31,818 nt of DNA, taken from NCBI GenBank assembly GCA_964611415.1, contig CAZSXQ010000004.1, positions 1 to 31,818 on the forward strand. The letters run 5' to 3'. A program made the position numbers and the translations under genes. Below, piece after piece: positions 8,105 through 16,003 of the stretch. Each line of letters starts with the position of its first letter. Position 1 is the first letter of the stretch. This DNA is from an uncultured Gammaproteobacteria bacterium. Lineage in GTDB: Bacteria > Patescibacteriota > Microgenomatia > Levybacterales > UBA12049. Under the pieces are notes generated by a model. The model ran no database searches. It was given only the letters and a program-made list of their open reading frames with translations, and was not told the origin of the DNA.

Positions 8105-9041
8105 ATAAATAATTGTTTTTACTAAACCATTCTATAGTTTTTAACAGTCCCTCGTCCAGCGAATGTTTTGCCCTCCATCGTAACATTTTTGAGGTTTTTC
8201 TCGTGTCTGCTTGCCATTTCCCAGATTCCACCTGCCTTTCTTGTATCGGCACTGCTCCCCACTCAACTTTTGATCTGCTTCCAGATAAATTCACTATCCT
8301 GTTAACTGTTTCCTCTAATGTGTGCTGACGTCCTGTACCAATATTAAAGATTTCACCGGGATTTATTTTTACCTTGCATGTGTTTAGATAAGCATCTACC
8401 ATGTCTTCTATGTAGATAAAGTCTCTTACATTTTTTTTATTACCTACCGAAATTGGATCATTTTTTATTGCTGCTCTGACAACGGTTGGGATAAAGCGGG
8501 GCTTATGCTCATAAGGACCGTACGCTGAAAATAAGCGGAATGTAATTATCGGGAGATTGTTCCGCACTGCTTCTTTATGTACATATAGCGTTACTGCAGT
8601 TTTAATTACCCCGTAATCATTTATGGGAAAAGATAGATCTGTTTCGATCATTTTTCCAAACTTTACTCCATATTCTGAAGAACTTCCCGTATTGATAAAT
8701 AGTTTAAATGGAACTTTCTTCGAAGCATTTATTAAATTAATTGTTCCTTTAAGATTAACATTTATTAAATCTTCAATCTTATCTTCTTTTGGCAATGATC
8801 CATAAGCGGCAAGATGAAATATGTAGGTGGGTTTAATTTTAGAAATGACTTTATCAAGTTTGTAATCAAGGAGATCGACTTCATGGGCTTTTATTTTTGT
8901 TTTAAGATCAGAAAGTCTCCAGTTGAGTATTTTATTTCTAGAAAGAACATGTACGTCTTTCCCTTCTTTAACCAGACGTCTAACAATATTTGCGCCTACA
9001 AAACCAGTTGCCCCAGTAACTAAATAAATATCTTTATTCAT
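8097..9041 (-). CDS. NAD(P)-dependent epimerase/reductase (extended SDR), candidate NDP-keto-sugar reductase
   Basis: TGATGFVG, SSSEYG, YGVIK (YxxxK), RDFIYIED. Confidence 0.88.
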   Translation of the reverse strand: MNKDIYLVTGATGFVGANIVRRLVKEGKDVHVLSRNKILNWRLSDLKTKIKAHEVDLLDYKLDKVISKIKPTYIFHLAAYGSLPKEDKIEDLINVNLKGTINLINASKKVPFKLFINTGSSSEYGVKFGKMIETDLSFPINDYGVIKTAVTLYVHKEAVRNNLPIITFRLFSAYGPYEHKPRFIPTVVRAAIKNDPISVGNKKNVRDFIYIEDMVDAYLNTCKVKINPGEIFNIGTGRQHTLEETVNRIVNLSGSRSKVEWGAVPIQERQVESGKWQADTRKTSKMLRWRAKHSLDEGLLKTIEWFSKNNYLYE

Positions 9042-10171
9042 TTCAAAAACATTGGCTCAGGAGCAATCACAGCTATTTGAGATTTTTTATAGCCATATTT
9101 ACCCATCAAGGTTTTAATTATTTCTTCTTTGTATGCCATAGCCGTGACGACGACAACATCTGCTTCTTTTTTTAAAAGCCTATCAACTGAAAAAACCGGT
9201 ATATGGCTTCCGGGAAGGTATGTACCTCTTTTATTGGGATCCGAATCAACACAAAATAAAATTTTGTTCTTTTCAATGTTTGAAAAAGATATTGAAGATA
9301 TCCCTTTTGCACCTGCCCCCCATAACACCACTTTCCTATTTTCTAACTTACCAAAGAAATCTTTGTATTGATCCCTATAATCGACAAATCGCTTTTGGAC
9401 ACTATTACTAAGTCCTGATTTTGAAGTGTATTGAAAGTAAGCTATTAAATAATTCTCATCTGGAGAATGTTTTATTGATAAAACATCGAATCCGTTTTGC
9501 TGAAGCATATATGATAATGAGGTTGGTGAGTAATAGGCAACGTGATCAGGGAAAAAATCATAATACCTATTGTCTCTTAAGGCTTTAACCAAAGATGGAA
9601 CTTCAACCAATCCGTATCCATCAACTTTCAGAAACTTTTTTACATTTGTAAGTAATTTTTCAGGATTTGAAATGTGTTCGAAAACCTCAAGGGTTACAAA
9701 TGCATCCGCTTTCTTACCTAATTTAAATCTATCATCGACATAATTTCTAAGAACTTTTACTCCTTTTTCCCTTGCAAGCTTAGTAGCTATATCACTTGGT
9801 TCTATTCCTATTGATTTTGCTTTTGCATTCATAAGAGCGTAAACAAAATATCCATCTCCGCATCCGACATCAATAACTAATTTATTTTTTAGATTGAAAG
9901 ACCCAACAAAATCACGAGCTAACCCCTTCAAATATTTACGAGCATGAGGCGAATAAGTACGGCTCATAATATAATCATCGTAGTAGTCGTCGACAACATA
10001 ATTTTTGTCTGAAAGCTGAACCAGCGTGCATCTCTCGCATTTTAAAATTTTTAGATTTATTTTTTTATCTTTTAGTAGATTTTTCTCAGAGATAACCTGA
10101 ACACGCATAGGAGCATTTGGGACTTCTAGGAATACGGTGAGTTTAATAAAACCACAGGAAATACATCTCAT
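9038..10171 (-). CDS. NDP-hexose C-methyltransferase-like protein (Zn-binding N-terminus, SAM domain, C-terminal Rossmann-like domain)
   Basis: CxxC (CISC) ... CxxC (CERC), DVGCGDG, EVFEHI, PDHVAYYS, LWGAGAKG, VDSDPNKRGTYLPGSHIPV: TylCIII/TcaB9-type architecture. Confidence 0.8.
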   Translation of the reverse strand: MRCISCGFIKLTVFLEVPNAPMRVQVISEKNLLKDKKINLKILKCERCTLVQLSDKNYVVDDYYDDYIMSRTYSPHARKYLKGLARDFVGSFNLKNKLVIDVGCGDGYFVYALMNAKAKSIGIEPSDIATKLAREKGVKVLRNYVDDRFKLGKKADAFVTLEVFEHISNPEKLLTNVKKFLKVDGYGLVEVPSLVKALRDNRYYDFFPDHVAYYSPTSLSYMLQQNGFDVLSIKHSPDENYLIAYFQYTSKSGLSNSVQKRFVDYRDQYKDFFGKLENRKVVLWGAGAKGISSISFSNIEKNKILFCVDSDPNKRGTYLPGSHIPVFSVDRLLKKEADVVVVTAMAYKEEIIKTLMGKYGYKKSQIAVIAPEPMFLK

Positions 10172-11124
10172 AAAATTTTACTATACCAATCTAGCACTCC
10201 AGGGAGTGCTTTTTCAAGTGTGTATTCATTTTTCCAACCTAAGCTTCTTATTTTCTGATCATTTAAATGTTGATAAGGAATTTCATTTTTAGCATTATTT
10301 TTAATTACATATTTTATTTTTTTACCAAATACTTTTTCTGCTAATTTAATTAATTCTAAAACAGACAGCTTGTCGCTAGATGAAAAATTATATGCTTCTC
10401 CAATTGTTTTCTCTAAAGAATTTGCAAGAAGCAAATATCCATCAACAACATCTTTTACATACAAATAATCGCGTACGTATTTGCCGTTACTTCTAATAAC
10501 AAACGTCTCATCCCTTATTAGTGCTTCACAAATGCCAGGAATTATCCTATCCATATGTAAATCGCCCTCCCCATATACGTTTCCGAAACGGGTTATAACG
10601 ACAGGAAGATTATATGTTTTAAAATATGTTTGAGAAATAAGATCTGCTGAGGATTTGGACACGTCATAGGGATGATCGCCCTTGAGAGGGGTTTCTTCAG
10701 TATAGGGTTTTTCCGTTTTTCCGTATGCCTTGTCTGAAGAAGCTACGATAACTCCTTTCACAAAACTCTTTCTTGATGTCTCTAAAACATTTACAGTTCC
10801 AAGAATATTTGTTTCAAATGTTAAAACAGGATTGGAATACCCCGCGCTTACAATCGGCTCTGCAGCAAGATGGAAAACGAGCTCAGGGTTAGATTCTTTA
10901 AAAACCCTGAAAACTTCGTTAATATCTCTGATATCTACCAGCTCAAACTTTGAGTTTTTATAAGATCCGTTGGATACATAATTTGAGAATCGAGAGATAA
11001 CTATGTCAATTACCGTAACGCTTGCACCCTCCGATATCAAAGAATAAACCAAATGGCTTCCTATAAATCCTGCCCCGCCGGTTACCAAAATCCTTTTACC
11101 CTTCAATCCTGCCATACTCTCCAT
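10168..11124 (-). CDS. rfbG: CDP-glucose 4,6-dehydratase-like SDR
   Basis: TGGAGFIGS, HLAAEPIV, SSDKAYG, PYDVSKS, RFGNVYGEGD; directly downstream of rfbF. Confidence 0.82.
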   Translation of the reverse strand: MESMAGLKGKRILVTGGAGFIGSHLVYSLISEGASVTVIDIVISRFSNYVSNGSYKNSKFELVDIRDINEVFRVFKESNPELVFHLAAEPIVSAGYSNPVLTFETNILGTVNVLETSRKSFVKGVIVASSDKAYGKTEKPYTEETPLKGDHPYDVSKSSADLISQTYFKTYNLPVVITRFGNVYGEGDLHMDRIIPGICEALIRDETFVIRSNGKYVRDYLYVKDVVDGYLLLANSLEKTIGEAYNFSSSDKLSVLELIKLAEKVFGKKIKYVIKNNAKNEIPYQHLNDQKIRSLGWKNEYTLEKALPGVLDWYSKIL

Positions 11125-11882
11125 TCCGGATTATCTATCCAGAGCTTGTTTAAACTATCAACATCAGGATAAGTGTCCATAGAATGCCAGAATCCCTCAT
11201 GTATGAAAATAGAAAGCTGGTCTTTTGAAATTAAACGCTTGAAGGCTTCATGTTCCATTTCTCCCTCTTTAATATAATCGAACACTTCACGCTTAAATAC
11301 CATAAATCCGCCATTTACCCACTCCTTCAGAACCGGCTTTTCTGTAAATTTCGAAGCGAGAAACTTATCATTTGCAGTAATTAAACCATACTTGCTTCTA
11401 GGATGAACTCCTATAATAGTGCCTATTGTTTTTTGTTTCTTGTGAAATTTTACGATTTGATTTATATCAACATTTGAAACTCCATCGCCATAAGTAACCA
11501 TAAAATTCTGATCTTCCTTAGGAATGTATCTCTTAATTCTTAAAATCCTTTCTCCGGGAAGAGTTTCCTCTCCCGTATCTACAAATGTGATTTTAAAGTT
11601 GTCACTATCTTTACCTGTCCTTTTATAAACCTTTGTATTTCCGGATTTTGTGTGAAGAGTAAAATTATAAGCGTAGAGCTGTTGATTAATAAAGTATTGC
11701 TTTATAAAGTCCCCTTTGTATCCAAGAGCTATTATAAAATCGTTATATCCGTAATGAGAATATATTTTCATTATGTGCCACAGGATTGGTTTTCCTCCAA
11801 TTTGAACCATAGGCTTTGGCTTAAATTCAGTCTCTTCTTTAAGTCTGTAGCCAATCCCTCCGCAGAGTATTACTGTTTTCAT
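11103..11882 (-). CDS. rfbF: Glucose-1-phosphate cytidylyltransferase
   Basis: ILCGGIGYRLKEETEFKPKPMVQIGGKPILWHIMKIYSHYG, VDTGEET, TYGDGVSNV, WVNGGF, GFWHSMDT. Confidence 0.93.
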   Translation of the reverse strand: MKTVILCGGIGYRLKEETEFKPKPMVQIGGKPILWHIMKIYSHYGYNDFIIALGYKGDFIKQYFINQQLYAYNFTLHTKSGNTKVYKRTGKDSDNFKITFVDTGEETLPGERILRIKRYIPKEDQNFMVTYGDGVSNVDINQIVKFHKKQKTIGTIIGVHPRSKYGLITANDKFLASKFTEKPVLKEWVNGGFMVFKREVFDYIKEGEMEHEAFKRLISKDQLSIFIHEGFWHSMDTYPDVDSLNKLWIDNPEWRVWQD

Positions 11883-11967
11883 ATATTTAAAGAGCAGAAA
11901 CGATGATGGGTTTTATTTAACAATTTCAGTGCTTATCAATTTGATCAAAGAAGATCGAATAAAGACC

Positions 11968-11996
11968 ATGTTAGCAATTTGATAATTTCCTGTCAA
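11968..11996 (-). promoter_or_regulatory. Sigma70 promoter for the rfbF operon
   Basis: Minus strand TTGACA-N17-TAACAT with TGn extension. Confidence 0.7.
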
Positions 11997-12010
11997 TAAG
12001 ATTCGGTCGA

Positions 12011-12039
12011 TTGACAGTCTAATCGGACAACCGTATAAT
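12011..12039 (+). promoter_or_regulatory. Perfect consensus sigma70 promoter for the STELLO-like gene
   Basis: TTGACA (12011-12016)-N17-TATAAT (12034-12039), 14 nt before ATG 12054. Confidence 0.85.
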
Positions 12040-12053
12040 ATTTTTTATCTAAA

Positions 12054-13025
12054 ATGCCTAATAAAGCAATCGTTATTACTTCTATTTATCCTCCCACAAA
12101 AGCTGTTTTATTATTTTCAAAGCTTAAGAGCTTTGCTATGTTTGTTTCTGGAGATAATAAAACTCCAAAAGGGTGGAGCCATAAAAATGTTCACTATCTA
12201 TCCATTAGCGATCAGCACAAGAAATTTCCCAAACTTTCAAAACTAGTTTCCCAAAATCATTATGCTAGGAAAAACTTTGCTTACTTAAGCGCAATTTTAT
12301 CAGGAATAGAATTCTTATACGAAACAGACGATGATAACCTTCCTTATAATTTTTTCCCAAATTTTATAGATTCAGAAAAAAACATGGAAGAAATCAATGC
12401 TCCATTAAGTTTTAATATATATTCTGAATTTACAAAAAAGAGAGTATGGCCTCGTGGTATACCCCTCAATCTTATTGATAATAAGATCTCTAAAAGGAAA
12501 AAAAATAAAGTTATACCATTAATTCAGCAATCGCTTGCAGACCTAGATCCTGATGTTGACGCGATATATCGCTTAACCAACGGCGATGTGATAACCTTCG
12601 CAAAAGGAAAGATACTTTGCTTAGCAACAGGTACCTTTGCACCATTTAATTCTCAAAATACTTATTGGAGTAAAAAAGTTTTCCCACTACTCTATCTCCC
12701 TTCAACGGTGGATAGCAGAGTATGCGATATTTGGAGGGGATATATCGCTCAAAGAATTCTGTGGGAGCTCAACTCAAGACTTATCTTTCTATCTCCTTCA
12801 GTTTATCAAAAGAGAAATGTTCATGATTACATGAAAGACTTCGTACAAGAACTTGAACTCTACACTAAAACCGAAGATTTATTAATTACCCTTAACAAAA
12901 TCAAGCTTAAGGGAAATATTGATGTTATGTTAATCGATATTTATTCACTACTAATTGAAAAGGGATTCTTTAAAAAAAAGGAATTATCAATACTTAGAGA
13001 ATGGCTGAGATTAGCCTCGCAGTAG
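12054..13025 (+). CDS. STELLO/DUF288-like glycosyltransferase-family protein
   Basis: IVITSI..PT, GDNKTP, YARKNFAYL, ETDDDN, WPRGIPL, QSLADLDPDVDAIYRL, PFNSQNT, RVCDIWRGYIAQRILW, RNVHDYMKDF. Confidence 0.82.
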   Translation: MPNKAIVITSIYPPTKAVLLFSKLKSFAMFVSGDNKTPKGWSHKNVHYLSISDQHKKFPKLSKLVSQNHYARKNFAYLSAILSGIEFLYETDDDNLPYNFFPNFIDSEKNMEEINAPLSFNIYSEFTKKRVWPRGIPLNLIDNKISKRKKNKVIPLIQQSLADLDPDVDAIYRLTNGDVITFAKGKILCLATGTFAPFNSQNTYWSKKVFPLLYLPSTVDSRVCDIWRGYIAQRILWELNSRLIFLSPSVYQKRNVHDYMKDFVQELELYTKTEDLLITLNKIKLKGNIDVMLIDIYSLLIEKGFFKKKELSILREWLRLASQ

Positions 13026-13033
13026 CATTTTTA

Positions 13034-13972
13034 TTATTTTATTTTTTGATCGGTATACCAATCAATAGTTCTTTTTATTCCTTCTTGAAAATCGACTTTA
13101 GCAACAAACCCGAACTCTCGCTTGGCTCTTGACACATCAAGGGACCTTCTTGGTTGTCCATCCGGCTTTGTCCTATCCCATCTTATTTCACCTTTATAAT
13201 TCATTAATTTACATATTAGTTTTATTAAATCTTTAATAGATATCTCCATTCCTGATCCCAAATTAACAGGTTCTGAACTTTCATATTTCTGAGTCGCTAG
13301 AACAATCCCCCTAGCTGCGTCTTCTACGTATAAAAATTCTCTGGTCGCTCTTCCGCTCCCCCATATCTCAACATAGGGATTTTTCTTAAGCTTCGCCTCA
13401 TATACTTTTTTAATCAGTGCTGGTATAACATGCGAAGATTTAGGGTCAAAATTATCACCAGGACCATATAGATTAACAGGCAGAAGATAAATACTTTTAA
13501 AGCCGTATTGCTGTCTATATGCTTGGGATTGTACAAGGAGCATTTTTTTAGCCAGTCCGTAAGGAGCATTTGTTTCTTCGGGATAGCCTTCCCATATATC
13601 CTCTTCTTTAAACGGAATTGGAGCAAACTTAGGATAAGCACATACTGTACCAATTGCAATGAATTTCTTGACCTCAGCAAGCCTAGATGCCTCAATAAGC
13701 TGTACGCCCATCATTAAGTTATCATAAAAAAAGCTTCCGGGATTTTCTCTATTTGCTCCGATTCCTCCTACGACAGCTGCAAGATGGATAATAATATCTT
13801 TTCCTTTAACAGCTTTTTTACAATCTTCCAACTTTCTGAGATCAATTTCTTTTGAAGATGGGGTGAATATTTGTTTTCTAGCAATCCCTTTACTTAATAA
13901 CTCATTAATTACATACGATCCCAAAAATCCATTTCCTCCTGTAACCAAAATTTTCTTATTTTTTAGCTGCAT
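13034..13972 (-). CDS. fcl: GDP-L-fucose synthase family (GDP-4-keto-6-deoxymannose 3,5-epimerase/4-reductase)
   Basis: [67 protein letters not shown]. Confidence 0.93.
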   Translation of the reverse strand: MQLKNKKILVTGGNGFLGSYVINELLSKGIARKQIFTPSSKEIDLRKLEDCKKAVKGKDIIIHLAAVVGGIGANRENPGSFFYDNLMMGVQLIEASRLAEVKKFIAIGTVCAYPKFAPIPFKEEDIWEGYPEETNAPYGLAKKMLLVQSQAYRQQYGFKSIYLLPVNLYGPGDNFDPKSSHVIPALIKKVYEAKLKKNPYVEIWGSGRATREFLYVEDAARGIVLATQKYESSEPVNLGSGMEISIKDLIKLICKLMNYKGEIRWDRTKPDGQPRRSLDVSRAKREFGFVAKVDFQEGIKRTIDWYTDQKIK

Positions 13973-13986
13973 AATACTTAGTAATT

Positions 13987-15084
13987 TTATTGCTCCATAA
14001 ATTTAAGTAGCGAATTATAGAATTTATGATACTCATAACGATTAAGTATAACACTTACACCTTCTTTGTATTTTAAGTAATTGGATTTAATTTCATCGAT
14101 AGCTCTACCTAAATCATCTATCGTTTCATCGATTGCCACCCCCGCCTGTTCTTTCTCAAGCTCTTTATGGAAATATGTAGTTTTTGTAGTAATAACAGGA
14201 AGATTAAATTCGAGATAATTTTTAATCTTAGTCGGCTCACAATAAATAGAAACGTTCATTGTGTCATTCTCATAGAGCGCAATCCCTATGTCCCATTTTT
14301 CCGCTATCCTATCCATGTCATCTACATAGCCATAAAACTTCACTTTATTTTTGAGATTCATTTCTTTTGCTAAATCCTTATACTGTTTTAATTTGTACCC
14401 ATCTCCCACAATATCTAAAATAGCATTATTAAATTTTTGTAAATAATTGAATATTAGATCTAGTCCTTGCTGTTCACGTATAACGCCCACAAAACCTAAG
14501 CGTATTGGCGAATGAGGAGTTGTTGTAATTTTGTATTTTTTGCGTTTTGTACCAAGGGGAACAAGCATTCTTATTTTTCCATAATCTAAACTGCTTGTGC
14601 TAGAATAAACTTTTTTGAGAGGAGGACTTACATACCAAACTATTCCAAGGGACTTATTATAATAATTTGCCAACGAGTTATATATTCTCATAAATCCCTT
14701 ATTGCTCGGATAAAAATCGCCTATCCAATAAATAAATCTAACTTTTTTTATAAAACTCGGCACCCTGCTTAATATGCAAAAAATAGGAGTATCTACCACC
14801 ACAAAGCTTTTTCTTGGAACAAATCTTATTAGAATATAATAAAAATAAATATAGTAGACTAGAAGTTTTACAATATTGCTTTTCCCCTTATACATGGGAA
14901 ACTTATTTGTTCTTTTCATCCTGCCATTTTGATATATTTCCATATAACTTGGTGTTTTTGAATATCCATGCGGAAAGTGAAAACAAACGATAACCTCAGA
15001 ATTATCAATTAAATATTGCTTGAAACTTCCTATATTTTTGAGATTATCGTAGATTGCGTAGTAGACGCTTTTATATTTTTTCAT
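13987..15084 (-). CDS. GT4 family glycosyltransferase
   Basis: [41 protein letters not shown]; start moved to MKKYKS (ATG 15084), overlapping the upstream stop region. Confidence 0.8.
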   Translation of the reverse strand: MKKYKSVYYAIYDNLKNIGSFKQYLIDNSEVIVCFHFPHGYSKTPSYMEIYQNGRMKRTNKFPMYKGKSNIVKLLVYYIYFYYILIRFVPRKSFVVVDTPIFCILSRVPSFIKKVRFIYWIGDFYPSNKGFMRIYNSLANYYNKSLGIVWYVSPPLKKVYSSTSSLDYGKIRMLVPLGTKRKKYKITTTPHSPIRLGFVGVIREQQGLDLIFNYLQKFNNAILDIVGDGYKLKQYKDLAKEMNLKNKVKFYGYVDDMDRIAEKWDIGIALYENDTMNVSIYCEPTKIKNYLEFNLPVITTKTTYFHKELEKEQAGVAIDETIDDLGRAIDEIKSNYLKYKEGVSVILNRYEYHKFYNSLLKFMEQ

Positions 15085-16003
15085 TAAAATAATTTTTGTA
15101 CCATTCAAAAGTTTGCGATAAACCTTTATCTAGATTAGTTTTTGAATTCCAATTTAAAATTCTGTGTGCTTTTGCTGATGACACATATTGAATATCGATT
15201 TCATTTTCTCTTTCTTCTTTGTTTTTCTTTATAGAAAAGTCTTGTTCGGAAATACTTATTATCTTTCTTATCAACTCTTCGACAGAAATTGTATTTCCCG
15301 TTCCAAAGTTATATATCCTGTTCTTTTCCATCAACTTTTTGTTAAGCTCTCCAAGACTAATGTAAGCTTCTATTACATCAGCTATATAAATAAAATCTCT
15401 AACCGCACTTCCTCCCCACATCTTAGGACTATCGTTATTTAGAAGACTTTTCATTGTTTTTGGAATTAATCTCTGAAAATTAATATCCCCAGGCCCATAT
15501 ATATTAACAAAACGCGGAATAAGCACTGGCAAATCAAAGCTATCTGCATAAGACTGTGCAATTAAATCTGCACATGTTTTAGATGTTTCGTATGGACGAG
15601 ATGGACGAGGAAAGTACTCCTCTAAGTAGGGCGTTTTATTGTCTCCGTACACATGAGACGATGACGCAATGACAATCTTTTCTAAGTTATTTTTTCTTGC
15701 GCTCTCCAATACATTAAGGGTTCCTTCAGTATTGGCTTTAAAAGTGTTATAAGGGTCTTCCTGTCCTTTTTCAACAAGAGACTCTCCTGCAAGATGAAAA
15801 CAAATTTTTATTTTATTTTTTTTTATGAATGATTGAAGAGAACTAGGGTCAAGAACATCTAGTTTATAAATGTTTTTTTTAGGATGATTTCTGGTTACAC
15901 CATAAACTCTAGCCCCTAAATTATTAAGCTTATTGAAAAGGTGATTTCCTACAAACCCGTTTACACCGGTGACAAGTACCGCTTTATTTTCCCAGAATAA
16001 CAT
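15071..16003 (-). CDS. RfbG-like extended SDR lacking the dehydratase D-K pair (probable reductase/epimerase)
   Basis: TGVNGFVG, HLAGESLV, SSSHVYG, PYETSK, RFVNIYGPGD; preceded by AGGAGGA SD. Confidence 0.8.
   Translation of the reverse strand: MLFWENKAVLVTGVNGFVGNHLFNKLNNLGARVYGVTRNHPKKNIYKLDVLDPSSLQSFIKKNKIKICFHLAGESLVEKGQEDPYNTFKANTEGTLNVLESARKNNLEKIVIASSSHVYGDNKTPYLEEYFPRPSRPYETSKTCADLIAQSYADSFDLPVLIPRFVNIYGPGDINFQRLIPKTMKSLLNNDSPKMWGGSAVRDFIYIADVIEAYISLGELNKKLMEKNRIYNFGTGNTISVEELIRKIISISEQDFSIKKNKEERENEIDIQYVSSAKAHRILNWNSKTNLDKGLSQTFEWYKNYFNEKI

Noticed and set aside
11883-11967. JUMPstart/ops element in the rfbF leader
   Set aside because: No GGCGGTAG-like sequence seen.
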